Positions 11,459 to 21,626 of a stretch of DNA of 64,000 bases are shown here, piece after piece. How positions within the stretch are numbered: position 1 is the first letter of the stretch; each line of letters opens with the position of its first letter. The translations under genes and the position numbers were made by a program. The stretch covers positions 215 to 64,214 of the forward strand of contig CAYGMD010000002.1 in NCBI GenBank assembly GCA_964350785.1, read 5' to 3'. The stretch is from an uncultured Acidobacterium sp. Its GTDB lineage: Bacteria > Acidobacteriota > Vicinamibacteria > Vicinamibacterales > UBA2999. The notes below the pieces were generated by a model, which saw nothing but the letters and a program-made list of their open reading frames with translations, was not told the DNA's origin and made no database searches.

Positions 11459-12417
11459 GCCCGCGCCGTTCCCTGGTGATCGGCGGACTGGGCTTCATCG
11501 GCGTGAACCTGGCCGATCGCCTGCTGACCGCCGGCGACGAGGTGACCCTGGTGACGCCGAATCGCGCGCGTCACGAAGCGCGCGCGGCGGCCTTTGCCGA
11601 TCGCGGGGCGCACGTTGTCGAGGGCGACCTGCGCGACCGCGACGCCATGGCCCGGGCGGTGGCCGGCCAGCACGTGGTGTTCAACCTGGCGGGTGAGTCT
11701 GGCGCCGTGCGGAGCATGGAGGATCCCTGGACGGATCTTGACGTGAACTGCATGGGCAACCTGTCGTTGCTCGAAGCCCTGCGAACGGTCAGTCCGTCCG
11801 CGCGGCTGGTGTTCGTCGGTTCCCGGCTGCAGTACGGCAAGCAGGCCGCGCAGCCGGTCGCGGAAGACCAGGAACCCGATCCGCTGTGCCTGCATGCGAT
11901 TCACAAGCTCACCGTTGAGCGCTACCTGCGGCTCTATGCCAGGCTCTACGGTGTCCAGTACACCATCGCCCGCGTCACCAATCCGTATGGCCCCGGGCAG
12001 CCCGAAAGCCGAACGGCCTACGGCATCGTCAACCGGCTGATCCACCTGGCGCTGGCCGGCAGGCCGCTCACGGTCTATGGCGATGGCGCGCAGCGGCGCG
12101 ACTACATCTACGTGGACGATTTGGTGGCAGCCCTCGTGGTGATGGCGGAATCACCGGTGAGTGCCGGTCGTGCCTACAACGTGGGGTCCGGCACGGGCAC
12201 GCGTCTGGTTGACATGGCGCGCACCATTATCGAGATCGCCGGTGGCGGCCATGTCGAGCACGTAGCCTGGCCGGCGCTGGCGGAACAAGTCGAGACCGGC
12301 GACTTCATCGCCGACATCACGCGCATCGAACGCGAGTTGGGCTGGCGGCCCGCCACCGGCCTGCGCGACGGGCTCGAGCGCACTGTGGCGCTGACCCGGG
12401 GACAGGTGCAAGCATGA
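11455..12417 (+). CDS. NAD-dependent sugar epimerase/dehydratase (extended SDR)
   Basis: VIGGLGFIGVNLADRL glycine-rich NAD motif. ATG 11455 forms an ATGA overlap with the upstream stop. 320 aa. Confidence 0.85.
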   Translation: MSPRRSLVIGGLGFIGVNLADRLLTAGDEVTLVTPNRARHEARAAAFADRGAHVVEGDLRDRDAMARAVAGQHVVFNLAGESGAVRSMEDPWTDLDVNCMGNLSLLEALRTVSPSARLVFVGSRLQYGKQAAQPVAEDQEPDPLCLHAIHKLTVERYLRLYARLYGVQYTIARVTNPYGPGQPESRTAYGIVNRLIHLALAGRPLTVYGDGAQRRDYIYVDDLVAALVVMAESPVSAGRAYNVGSGTGTRLVDMARTIIEIAGGGHVEHVAWPALAEQVETGDFIADITRIERELGWRPATGLRDGLERTVALTRGQVQA

Positions 12418-13565
12418 GCGGCGGTCGGGCCCGGGTCCTCTTCCTGTCCCATGCCTACATGGTGGGCGGCGCCGAGGAGATGGTCCTCAACCTGGTTCGT
12501 CACCTGCCCGAGCGGTTCGAACCGGCGGTCGTGTGCATTCACGAGGCCGGGCCAATCGGCGAGGAAATCGCCCGCACTGGTGTGCCGTTCAAGGTGCTGG
12601 GTTTGAAGCCCGGCCTGTTGCGGCCGTTCGACGTGCTGCGGCTGCGCGACGTCCTGATCGAGTGCGAGCCGGCGATCGTGCACACGTTCCTGCTTACCGG
12701 CAGCCTTTACGGCCGCTTCGCGGCGATGATGGCGCACGTGCCGGTGGTGATCGGCACCGAGGTGAACATCTACCAGAACAAGAAGCCGGTGCATGCGCTC
12801 CTGGAGAAATGGCTGATGCGCCGGACCGACGCGGTGGTGGCGTCGGCAGCCTCGGTCCGCGAGTTTTACATCGACCAGGTCAAGGCCGACCCCGCCAAGG
12901 TGGAAGTGATCTACAACGCCGTCGACTGGTCGCAGCTGCAGACGACCATGAGCCGCGACGAGTTCCGGTCGTCGGTCGGCGTGCCGCAGGATGTGCCGGT
13001 GGCGGGAATTATCGCGAGGCTCACGGCGCAGAAGGCACACCAGGTCTTGTTTGACGCGATTGCGCACGATCCGGGTCTGGCCAGGCTGCACCTGCTGGTC
13101 GTGGGCGACGGCGAGCTGCGGGGGGCGCTGGCCGCCAGTGCCGCGACCCTGCGCATCCAGGATCGGGTCCACTTCCTGGGCGCCCGGCGTGACCTCGGCA
13201 ACATCCTCGCGTCGGTCGACTTGTTCGCGATGCCGTCCTACTGGGAAGGCCTGCCCCTGTCGATGGTGCTCGCCATGGGCGCCGGCCTGCCCGTGGTCGC
13301 GTCGCGCGTGGCGGGCATTCCCGAGGTCGTGACAGACGGCGTGAGCGGACTGCTCGTGACCCCCGGCGACACCGCCGACCTGGCGGCCGCACTCAATCGC
13401 CTTGTCCACGACGACACCCTGCGCGTGCGGCTGGGCCAGGAAGCATGCGCGTTCGTGCGGCCGCGATTCGGTGTCGACGGCTACGTCGCCTCGATGAGCG
13501 CGCTCTACGACCGGCTGCTGGCGGAAAAGGGACTGACGCCCGTCCTGAGCGGAGTCGAAGGATGA
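12414..13565 (+). CDS. GT4-family glycosyltransferase
   Basis: RVLFLSHAYMVGGAEEMVLNL N-terminus. FAMPSYWEGLPLSMVLAMGAGLPVVASRVAGIPE is the EX7E region. Confidence 0.85.
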   Translation: MSGGRARVLFLSHAYMVGGAEEMVLNLVRHLPERFEPAVVCIHEAGPIGEEIARTGVPFKVLGLKPGLLRPFDVLRLRDVLIECEPAIVHTFLLTGSLYGRFAAMMAHVPVVIGTEVNIYQNKKPVHALLEKWLMRRTDAVVASAASVREFYIDQVKADPAKVEVIYNAVDWSQLQTTMSRDEFRSSVGVPQDVPVAGIIARLTAQKAHQVLFDAIAHDPGLARLHLLVVGDGELRGALAASAATLRIQDRVHFLGARRDLGNILASVDLFAMPSYWEGLPLSMVLAMGAGLPVVASRVAGIPEVVTDGVSGLLVTPGDTADLAAALNRLVHDDTLRVRLGQEACAFVRPRFGVDGYVASMSALYDRLLAEKGLTPVLSGVEG

Positions 13566-14776
13566 AGCTCGGCATCGTGTATCACATGCCGTTCTGGCGC
13601 GCCGCCGACGGCAGCTTGCGCGAGGTCGAGGGCTCGTTCGCGCGCTACGTGGACTCGCTGGCGCCGTACTTCGACGAGATCTCCCTGTGCGTGCCGGTGC
13701 TGGCCGAGGCGCGCGGCGAAGGCACGCCGATTCGCGCCACCAACGTCACCCTGGCGCCGCTGCCGAACTTCGAGGGCCCGGTGCATTTCTATCCGCAGCT
13801 CCTGGTGATGCTGCCGCGGATTTGGCGCTGGGTGCGCGGCATCGACGTGCTGCACTGCCGCATTCCCAGCCCCGCGGCGATCTTCGCGTTCGCCATGGCC
13901 CGGGTTCAGTCACGGCCGTCCTTCGTGCTGATTGTCGGCGACCTCCAGGCGTTGCTGCCGACCATGCCGTACCAGGGCATCAAGAAGATCCTGTGGCGCG
14001 GCTACACCGCGTTCGAGGAGTGGGCGGTGCAGTGGATGTCGGATCGCTCGGTGGCGTTCGCCAACGGCGAAGCGCTGGCGGCCAAGCACTCGACCGCCGC
14101 CAAGGCGGTGATTGCCACGACGACCACGACCATCAGCGCGGCCGACATCTCCTCGCGGCCCGACATCGACGCCGGCGACACCCTGCGCGTGCTGTGCGTG
14201 AGCCGCATCGATCCCCGCAAGGGCCTGCGGGTCCTGCCCGAGGTGGTCCGGCTCCTGGGCGACCAGCAGATCGCCGTGGCCCTCGACATTGTCGGCCCGG
14301 CCGTCGGGCGGCCGGGCGAGGATGAGATGACGGCCATTGCCATCGAGGCGGAACGCCTTGGCGTTGGCAAGCGGGTTCGCTGCCTGGGCCCGGTGCCGCT
14401 CGAGCGGCTGCTGCCACTCTATCGCGGCTACGACGTGTTCGTGTTGCCGACGTTGCCGGGTGAAGGCATTCCTCGCGTGCTGCTCGAGGCCATGACCGCG
14501 GGCGTGCCGGTGGTGACGACGCGGGTGGCGGGCATTCCCAGTTTGATCACGCACGAGGTCAACGGCCTGCTGGTCGAGGCGCCGACGGCGGCCGCGGTGG
14601 CGGGCGCAATCTCGCGGGTCGTGCACGACGCCGGGCTGCGCCGGCGCCTGATTGCCCACGGCTACGAAACCGCGCGCGGGTTCACGCTCGAGGCGCAGGC
14701 GGCGCGGCTGCTGGCCGAAGTCTCGGCGCGGCTGCCGATCACGCTGAAGCAGCCGGCGACGGTGACGGCGGCGTGA
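13562..14776 (+). CDS. GT4-family glycosyltransferase
   Basis: Internal ATG (MKLGIVYHMPF) overlapping the upstream stop. FVLPTLPGEGIPRVLLEAMTAGVPVVTTRVAGIPS is present. Confidence 0.85.
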   Translation: MKLGIVYHMPFWRAADGSLREVEGSFARYVDSLAPYFDEISLCVPVLAEARGEGTPIRATNVTLAPLPNFEGPVHFYPQLLVMLPRIWRWVRGIDVLHCRIPSPAAIFAFAMARVQSRPSFVLIVGDLQALLPTMPYQGIKKILWRGYTAFEEWAVQWMSDRSVAFANGEALAAKHSTAAKAVIATTTTTISAADISSRPDIDAGDTLRVLCVSRIDPRKGLRVLPEVVRLLGDQQIAVALDIVGPAVGRPGEDEMTAIAIEAERLGVGKRVRCLGPVPLERLLPLYRGYDVFVLPTLPGEGIPRVLLEAMTAGVPVVTTRVAGIPSLITHEVNGLLVEAPTAAAVAGAISRVVHDAGLRRRLIAHGYETARGFTLEAQAARLLAEVSARLPITLKQPATVTAA

Positions 14777-15903
14777 GTGAGCGCCGCCGGATCTGCTTCG
14801 TGTTGCCGTCCCTGGCTGGTGGGGGCGCGGAGCGCGCGGCGGTGCACATCCTGAATGCGCTCGATGAACGGCATTGGGATCGCTCGATGTATTTATTCGA
14901 TCGGGTTGGCCCCTATCTCGATGAAGTCGCGCCCGCGATTCGCGTGTCCGCCGGCGCCGTTCACTCGCGGTGGGGCCGGTGGCAGGCGCTGCGGCGCTTC
15001 ATTCGCGAGACCCGGCCAGAGATTGTCGTGTCCTTCCTGAGTTACTTTTCGGTGCTCACGGCCGCGCGGGCGGCCGGCGTCGGCGCGCGGGTGGTGTTCA
15101 ACCAGCAGACGCCGATGACGGCATTTCTCGCCGATGGCGACTATCCGTGGCGCGGGCGGTGGCATCGGCGGCTGTTTGCATTGGTGACGCGCACCGGCTA
15201 CGCGGCGGCCGATCTCGTCGTCACCACCTCGCGGGGGGTGGCCGAGGATCTCCAGGCCGCGTTTGGCGTCGATCCCGCCCACGTGCGCGTGGTGCCCAAC
15301 CCGGTTGACCTCGATCGCGTCGCGGCAGCCGCCCGGGAACCGCTCGAGGCCGAGTTCCTGTCACAGTGGACGCCGCCGGTGATTGTCGCCGCCGGCCGGC
15401 TGGCCGAGGCCAAGAACTACCCGTTGCTGATCGATGCGATGGCGTTGCTGCGGCAGCGGATGCCGGCGAAGCTGTTCATCCTGGGCCAGGGCGAGCTCGA
15501 AGGCGCGATTCGCGCGCGCATCGCCGAGCGCGGCCTCGCCGGCGCCGTGGTCCTGTGCGGCTTTCAGCGCAACCCCTGGCGGTTCATCGCCAAGGCTGAC
15601 GTGTTCGCGCTGACGTCTCACTACGAGGGGTTCGGCAACGTGCTGGTGGAAGCTATGGCGTGCGGCGTGCCGGTGGTCGCCACGGCATCAGCGGGCACCC
15701 GCGACATCATCCGCGATGGTGCAGATGGCCTGCTGGTGACCACGCATGATGCGGCCTCGGTGGCGGGCGCTTTCGAGCGCGTGCTCGGCGATCCGGCCCG
15801 CCGATCGCAGATGTCGACGGCAGCACGAGCCCACGCCATGGACTTCGCGTTGAACGCAGTGGCATCGCAGTACACCACCCTATTCCAAGGGTTGCTCGCG
15901 TGA
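14773..15903 (+). CDS. GT4-family glycosyltransferase
   Basis: RICFVLPSLAGGGAERAAV N-terminus and FALTSHYEGFGNVLVEAMACGVPVVATASAGTRD. Confidence 0.85.
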   Translation: MSERRRICFVLPSLAGGGAERAAVHILNALDERHWDRSMYLFDRVGPYLDEVAPAIRVSAGAVHSRWGRWQALRRFIRETRPEIVVSFLSYFSVLTAARAAGVGARVVFNQQTPMTAFLADGDYPWRGRWHRRLFALVTRTGYAAADLVVTTSRGVAEDLQAAFGVDPAHVRVVPNPVDLDRVAAAAREPLEAEFLSQWTPPVIVAAGRLAEAKNYPLLIDAMALLRQRMPAKLFILGQGELEGAIRARIAERGLAGAVVLCGFQRNPWRFIAKADVFALTSHYEGFGNVLVEAMACGVPVVATASAGTRDIIRDGADGLLVTTHDAASVAGAFERVLGDPARRSQMSTAARAHAMDFALNAVASQYTTLFQGLLA

Positions 15904-17294
15904 GCGCGCGCGTGCCGTGGACGTGGGTAGTCGTGATCGGCGTTGCCATTGGCTTCGCCTACACCCTGTCGCCGCTGACCTTCCTGGTCGCCGTCGGTTT
16001 GGCGCCGCTCTGGCGGTGGGCGAGCGCCGGCCTTTCCGTGCAGGAACGTCGTTGGATGCTTGGCCTCATGGCGATGGCCGTCGCATTCCGTGCGGTTGCC
16101 ATCGGCGGGTTGTTTCTCACGGCCGACCCGGCGATTCCCTACGCCAACTTCTTTGGCGACGAAGAGTTCTTCAAGCGCAAGACCACCTGGCTTCGCAATG
16201 TCAGCATGGGCGTCCCGATTTCGAAGGCCGACTTCATCTATGCCTTTGATGAAACGGGCGATAGCAGCTACCTCGATGTGTTGTCGTATCTGCAGGCGTT
16301 GGTCGGCCTGGCGCCGTATGGCATTCACGTCCTGAACGCGGGTGCCTATCTCGCCGCGGTCCTGGTGTTGTATCGCGTGGTGCGACGGGCGTTTGGCGGA
16401 TTCGCCGCGGTCTTTGGCGCGGCACTCCTGCTGTTTCTGCCGAGCCTCTTCATCTGGTCGATCTCGGCGCTCAAGGAGCCGCTCTACTTCCTGGTCGTCG
16501 CGGTCAATCTCGGCGCGGCCATGAGGATCGTCCGTGGGCCCACCTGGACCTGGCGCCTGGCATCCCTGGTGACGCTGATGGCCGGCGGCTTCATCCTCCA
16601 GACCCTTCGCGAAGGCGGTCTGGTCCTGGCGTTTGTGGGTGTCGCGGGTGGATTCGCGCTGGCGTTTGCGCTGACGCGGCCACGGGTGCTGCTGGCGGCC
16701 TGTGTCGCCGTGCCGCTGGTCCTCGCCATCGCGATCACGCGGCCGCCCGTGCAGGAACGGATGTGGGCCGGTGTCCACCAGGTGGCCCTGAAGCACTGGG
16801 GGTACATCAACACTCCCGGCCAGACCTACCGGTTGATGGAACCCGACTTCTATCTTGACCGGCAGGAAATCCAGGCGATGACGGCGGGGGACGTGGCCCG
16901 CTACACCCTGCGGGCCGCCTGGAGCTACCTGACCGTCCCGTTGCCCTGGCAGATCGAATCACGTTCCGCCCTCGCGTTCCTGCCGGAACAGATGATCTGG
17001 TACGCGCTGCTGGTGTTGATGCCGATCGGTGTCGCAATCGGACTCAAGCGGGACCCCTTGCTGACGTGCGTGTTAGTCACCCACGGACTGGTGGTGGCCG
17101 CCATGGTGGCGGTCTCCGGCGGCAACGTCGGTACGTTGGTGCGCCACCGCGGCCTGGCATTGCCGTACCTGGTCTGGCTCAGTGGCCTCGGCGCGGTGCA
17201 CATCGCCCGCGTCGTGTGGTCGTATGCGCCGGCGCGCGGCGGCGCCATCCTCGTTCACCCTTCTGACCCCAACGGCGGCCTGCCATGCCTGTAG
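15900..17294 (+). CDS. Polytopic membrane protein, possible GT-C (ArnT/PMT-like) glycosyltransferase
   Basis: 464 aa with roughly 10 or more hydrophobic segments. An acidic first-loop motif FFGDEEFF resembles the DE motif of the ArnT/PMT families. Confidence 0.45.
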   Translation: MSARVPWTWVVVIGVAIGFAYTLSPLTFLVAVGLAPLWRWASAGLSVQERRWMLGLMAMAVAFRAVAIGGLFLTADPAIPYANFFGDEEFFKRKTTWLRNVSMGVPISKADFIYAFDETGDSSYLDVLSYLQALVGLAPYGIHVLNAGAYLAAVLVLYRVVRRAFGGFAAVFGAALLLFLPSLFIWSISALKEPLYFLVVAVNLGAAMRIVRGPTWTWRLASLVTLMAGGFILQTLREGGLVLAFVGVAGGFALAFALTRPRVLLAACVAVPLVLAIAITRPPVQERMWAGVHQVALKHWGYINTPGQTYRLMEPDFYLDRQEIQAMTAGDVARYTLRAAWSYLTVPLPWQIESRSALAFLPEQMIWYALLVLMPIGVAIGLKRDPLLTCVLVTHGLVVAAMVAVSGGNVGTLVRHRGLALPYLVWLSGLGAVHIARVVWSYAPARGGAILVHPSDPNGGLPCL

Positions 17295-18340
17295 TGGACG
17301 ATCACGGTCGAATTTTCGGGCGCTATAACCTGCTGGACCTCGCGTTGGCGATTGTCCTGCTGGGCTTGATTCCCCTTGGCTACGGCGCTTACGCGCTCTT
17401 CAGGGTGCCGGCGCCGCGCCTCACGGGCGTCGAGCCGCCGGTGCTGCAGCTGGATCGCAACATGCGGGTGACCGTGCGCGGCGAGAACCTGCGGCCGTAC
17501 ATGCGGATCTCGTTCGACGAGAACCAGACGCGCAACTTCCTGTTCCAGGACCCGACCCGGGCGGAAGTCACGTTCGCCGACATCCCACCCGGTCAGTATG
17601 ACGTGGTGCTTTACGACTTTGCGCAAGAGCGTGCGCGCTTGCCGAAAGCTTTCACCATTGCCCCCCCGGTGCTTCCGGCCACTCGCGTTCGGGCCGCGGG
17701 CTTCCTCACCGGCGTGGCGCCCAGCCTTGTGGCCTCATACAAAGTCGGCTATGAATTTCCGACGGCCGCCAGGATTCTCGCGGTTGCCCCCCCGGCTGAT
17801 GATTTCGCCCGGGTCGTCACCGGAGACAGCTCGGTGGAGATTCCGGTGCAGAGGACCGTCAGGATCCCGGTCCTGCTGGAAGTGTTCTGCAGCGTCGAAC
17901 AAAACAGCGCCGGGCTCGGGGAGTGCCGGTCCACCACCGGTCCGGCCGTCGGGCCCGGCGTGTACCTCACCCTGCCCGGCATGGAGGTCCGGCAGCCCTT
18001 CCTCATTACCGACGTGCAACCACCCATCCCACCGACGACGATCGACGTGATCGCCCGGATCGCTCCCGGTGAGGATGCTGCGGCGCTGGCCCGCGCCGGC
18101 GATCTCGATCTGGGAATGTCACAGAACCCCTTCGCGGCCGGCGCGACCATGGTGACGCCGCCCGCCGGCGGCCGCCTGTTTACGATTCGTGTTCCGGCCT
18201 TCCCATCGCTGGTGGGGTGGCAGTACGGTGGCCAGATTCTCCGCGTCGGCAGCGCCCTGCAGTTCTACTCCACCCGGTACGTGATGAGCGGGGTCGTAAC
18301 CTCTGTCCCGCCGCTGCCGGCGCCCGCCGCCCAACCATGA
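17285..18340 (+). CDS. DUF4330-like protein (N-terminal TM anchor plus beta-rich ectodomain)
   Basis: The N-terminus DDHGRIFGRYNLLDLALAIVLLGLIP matches my recollection of the DUF4330 start. An IPT/TIG-like segment MRVTVRGENLRPYMRISF follows. Confidence 0.5.
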   Translation: MPVVDDHGRIFGRYNLLDLALAIVLLGLIPLGYGAYALFRVPAPRLTGVEPPVLQLDRNMRVTVRGENLRPYMRISFDENQTRNFLFQDPTRAEVTFADIPPGQYDVVLYDFAQERARLPKAFTIAPPVLPATRVRAAGFLTGVAPSLVASYKVGYEFPTAARILAVAPPADDFARVVTGDSSVEIPVQRTVRIPVLLEVFCSVEQNSAGLGECRSTTGPAVGPGVYLTLPGMEVRQPFLITDVQPPIPPTTIDVIARIAPGEDAAALARAGDLDLGMSQNPFAAGATMVTPPAGGRLFTIRVPAFPSLVGWQYGGQILRVGSALQFYSTRYVMSGVVTSVPPLPAPAAQP

Positions 18341-18750
18341 ACGTCACCCGGTTCCTCGCGCTGAACCTGGCCGCCGCCGAGGCACGCCTGCGGCGCATGA
18401 CTGCGCCCGACGCTCCCGATCCGCCGGAGATGTGGGACGAGTTGGATCGCAGCCTTCCCGGTCGTGTCATTGGGGCCGTCGACCGCGTGCTCACGCGCGC
18501 AACCCCCGAATCTCGCGCGCGGGCGGTGTGGCGCGCGGCAACATTACCCCTCGTCGCCCTCGATCCGGTGCGGCGCATGGGCGCCGTTGGCGCGGGGGCG
18601 CTGACCGCGGCCCTGACGCATGTCGCGCTCGTCTCCATCACCTCACCCGTGGGTGGCTGGTGGCTGATCCTGCCGGGCATAGTCGGTGTGTTTGGCGCCG
18701 CGGCCATCACGCTGTCGTTCCTCGGGCCGCCGGCCAAGGGGCAAGATTGA
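18337..18750 (+). CDS. Small hypothetical membrane protein (137 aa)
   Basis: ATG 18337 forms an ATGA overlap with the upstream stop. The C-terminal half has two hydrophobic helices. I recognise no family. Confidence 0.4.
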   Translation: MNVTRFLALNLAAAEARLRRMTAPDAPDPPEMWDELDRSLPGRVIGAVDRVLTRATPESRARAVWRAATLPLVALDPVRRMGAVGAGALTAALTHVALVSITSPVGGWWLILPGIVGVFGAAAITLSFLGPPAKGQD

Positions 18751-19853
18751 AGGACCGCAAGCTTCGTGTCCTCGTCGTGTCGCCGATCCCCGAAGAGGGC
18801 GCCGGCTGCCGCTTCCGGATTGGGCACTACATCCCGTACCTCGAGGCCAATGGCTTCGAGGTCACGCTGGTTTCCCTCTTTACGACCAGTTTCTTTCGAC
18901 TTGTCTACAAACCAGGCAACCTCGGCATCAAGGCGTTCAGGTTCGCGGGCCTGGCCTTGCGCCACCTCTGGCGTCTGCGCCGCGCCCGTGACTACGACGT
19001 CATCTTCATCTACCGGGAGATTTTCCCCGTGGGCCCGGCGTGGGTCGAGTGGTTGCTCGCGCGGGTTGGCCCGCCGATCGTGTTTGATTTCGACGACGCC
19101 ATCTTCCTGCCGAGCGTCAGCGAGGCGAACCGGCTGATCGCGGCGCTGAAGACGCCGGGCAAGGTCGCGACCATCGTGCGGCGCAGCGCCCAGGTCGTGG
19201 TCGGCAACGACTACCTGGGCGACTATGCGCGGCAGTTCAACCCCCGGGTGACGATGATTCCCACCGGCGTCGACACCACGCGGTTCACGCCACCGGCGAC
19301 CCCACGCCCGGTGGCCGGCGCCGGCGGCCCGATGGTCGGCTGGATTGGCAGCCCGACGACGGCCGCTTACCTGATGGGACTCGCGCCGGTTCTTCAGCAG
19401 GTGGCCGCCAGTCAGCCGTTCGTGTTGAAGGTCAGCGGCACCGGTGATCCGGTCAGGATGCCGGGTGTCGCGGTCGAGAACGCCGAGTGGCGGTTGAACG
19501 GCGAGATCGATCTGTTCCGCAGCTGCGATATCGGCGTCTACCCGCTGGTGGACGATGCGTGGGCCAAAGGGAAGTGCGGCTTCAAGGCGATCGAGTTTAT
19601 GGCCTGCGGCGTGCCGGTCGTCGCCTCGGCAGTTGGCGTCAACCGCGAGATCATCGAGGATGGCGTCAACGGCTTCCTGGCCAGCAGCGAGGAGGAATGG
19701 ATCGCCAAGCTGGGCCGTTTGATCGCGGAGCCGGCGTTGCGGGCGCGTTTCGCCGCCGCCGGCCGGCGTACTATTGAAGAGCGCTATTCGCTGCACGTCA
19801 ACGCGCCCAAGCTGGCCGACGTGCTGCAGCGAGCCGCAAGGAGAGTTGGGTGA
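18747..19853 (+). CDS. GT4-family glycosyltransferase
   Basis: LRVLVVSPIPEEGAGCRFRIGHYIPYLEANGF N-terminus and GFKAIEFMACGVPVVASAVGVNREII. Start is uncertain (TTG 18747 overlapping the upstream TGA, or GTG 18777). Confidence 0.8.
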   Translation: MKDRKLRVLVVSPIPEEGAGCRFRIGHYIPYLEANGFEVTLVSLFTTSFFRLVYKPGNLGIKAFRFAGLALRHLWRLRRARDYDVIFIYREIFPVGPAWVEWLLARVGPPIVFDFDDAIFLPSVSEANRLIAALKTPGKVATIVRRSAQVVVGNDYLGDYARQFNPRVTMIPTGVDTTRFTPPATPRPVAGAGGPMVGWIGSPTTAAYLMGLAPVLQQVAASQPFVLKVSGTGDPVRMPGVAVENAEWRLNGEIDLFRSCDIGVYPLVDDAWAKGKCGFKAIEFMACGVPVVASAVGVNREIIEDGVNGFLASSEEEWIAKLGRLIAEPALRARFAAAGRRTIEERYSLHVNAPKLADVLQRAARRVG

Positions 19854-20794
19854 AGAACTTTGCCATCACCGGCGTCGCCGGTTACATCGCGCCCCGTCAT
19901 CTCAAGGCGATCCAGGACACCGGCAGCCGCCTGGTGGCGGCGACCGACCCGCACGACGCGGTCGGCATCCTCGATCGGTTTGCCTTCGACGTGCGCTTCT
20001 TCACCGAGATCGAGCGGTTCGATCGGCACCTCGAGAAGCTGCGCCGCGGCCCCGCCGATCAACGCGTGGACTACGTCAGCATCTGCTCGCCCAACCACCT
20101 GCACGACGCGCACATCCGCCTGGCGCTGCGCGTCGGCGCCAACGCGATCTGCGAGAAGCCCCTCGTCATCAACCCGTGGAACCTCGATGCCCTGCAGGAA
20201 ATCGAGCGCGAGACCGGGCGCAGCGTCAAGACCATCCTGCAGCTTCGCGTGCATCCGCAGCTGATCGCCTTGCGCGACCAGTTGCTGGCCGACACCTCGA
20301 AGCGTCACCAGGTGTGCCTGACCTACATCACCGCCCGCGGGTCCTGGTACGACACGTCGTGGAAGGGCCACGTCGAACGCTCCGGCGGCATCGTCACCAA
20401 CATCGGCATTCACTTCTTCGACTTGCTGATCTGGCTGTTCGGCGGCGTGCGCTCGTCGCAAGTGAACCTGCGCGACACGCATGAGGCGGGCGGTGTCCTC
20501 GACCTCGAGCGGGCCGACGTGCAGTGGTTTCTGTCGACCGACAGCCGTCAACTGCCCTTCACGCCGGAGCCCGGCAAGAAGACGACCTTCCGCTCGATCA
20601 CGGTGGACGGCCAGGAGATCGAGTTCAGCGAGGGATTCACCGACCTTCACACCCGCGTCTACGAACAGGTCCTGGCCGGGGCGGGATTCGGCATCGACGA
20701 TGCGAGGCCGTCGATCGAGCTGACCTCGACGATTCGCACCGCGGACGTGGTCAAGGGGTCGCATCCGCATCCCAAGGTGGTGGCGCGTGGCTGA
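19850..20794 (+). CDS. wbpB: WbpB/WlbA-like UDP-GlcNAcA 3-dehydrogenase (Gfo/Idh/MocA family)
   Basis: Near full-length similarity to my recollection of P. aeruginosa WbpB: [75 protein letters not shown]. Confidence 0.85.
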   Translation: MKNFAITGVAGYIAPRHLKAIQDTGSRLVAATDPHDAVGILDRFAFDVRFFTEIERFDRHLEKLRRGPADQRVDYVSICSPNHLHDAHIRLALRVGANAICEKPLVINPWNLDALQEIERETGRSVKTILQLRVHPQLIALRDQLLADTSKRHQVCLTYITARGSWYDTSWKGHVERSGGIVTNIGIHFFDLLIWLFGGVRSSQVNLRDTHEAGGVLDLERADVQWFLSTDSRQLPFTPEPGKKTTFRSITVDGQEIEFSEGFTDLHTRVYEQVLAGAGFGIDDARPSIELTSTIRTADVVKGSHPHPKVVARG

Positions 20795-21365
20795 CGTATT
20801 CGTGCACGAGTCGTCGTACGTCGACGACGGCTGCGAGATCGGCGCCGGCTCGAAAATCTGGCACTTCTCGCACGTGATGTCCGGCTCGCGCATCGGCAAG
20901 CGCTGCAACATCGGCCAGAACGTGGTGGTGTCGCCGCAGGTCGTGATTGGCGACAACGTCAAGATCCAGAACAACGTCTCGATCTACACCGGCGTCATCC
21001 TGGAAGACGACGTGTTCTGCGGGCCGTCGATGGTGTTCACCAACGTCGTCAATCCTCGCAGCCACGTGTCGCGGAAAGACGAGTACAAGACGACGCTGGT
21101 CAAGCAGGGCGCGAGCCTGGGGGCCAACTCCACCATCGTGTGCGGCCATACCATCGGCCGATTCGCCTTCATCGGCGCCGGGGCGGTGGTGACCAAGGAC
21201 ATTCCTGACTACGCACTGGTGGTCGGAAATCCCGGCCGCATCAGCGGCTGGATGTGCGGGTGCGGCGTGAAGCTCGCGGCCGGCGCGACGCCGCCGGTCA
21301 AGGCCACCTGCGCGGCCTGCGGCACGGCCTACGCCACCAAAGACGGCCAACTCGCCCCGGCATGA
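20787..21365 (+). CDS. wbpD: WbpD/WlbB-like left-handed beta-helix N-acetyltransferase
   Basis: Hexapeptide repeats. [34 protein letters not shown] and [24 protein letters not shown] closely match my recollection of WbpD. Confidence 0.85.
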   Translation: MADVFVHESSYVDDGCEIGAGSKIWHFSHVMSGSRIGKRCNIGQNVVVSPQVVIGDNVKIQNNVSIYTGVILEDDVFCGPSMVFTNVVNPRSHVSRKDEYKTTLVKQGASLGANSTIVCGHTIGRFAFIGAGAVVTKDIPDYALVVGNPGRISGWMCGCGVKLAAGATPPVKATCAACGTAYATKDGQLAPA

Positions 21366-21625
21366 GCAGCGGGCCGGAACGCGACGTGATGACAGGCATT
21401 CGCGCCTGCATGCAGACGGCGCTGAAATTGAGCGATGCCGATACGGCCGCGATCACGATCACGACGACCCCCGACCAACTGCCCGGGTGGACGTCGATGG
21501 CGCACCTCGAGCTGGTTCTGGCGCTCGAGCGGCAGTTCGACTTGACGTTCGAGGCCGATGAGATTGCCGAGCTCGCGTCGGTCAAGGCCATCGTCGGCGC
21601 GCTGGAAAAAGTGAGAACCAACTGA
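21362..21625 (+). CDS. Acyl carrier protein-like (PP-binding) protein
   Basis: 87 aa. [29 protein letters not shown] fits the carrier-protein helix II region, with a candidate phosphopantetheinyl Ser in GWTSM. ATGA overlap with wbpD. Confidence 0.7.
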   Translation: MSSGPERDVMTGIRACMQTALKLSDADTAAITITTTPDQLPGWTSMAHLELVLALERQFDLTFEADEIAELASVKAIVGALEKVRTN

Positions 21626-21626
21626 C

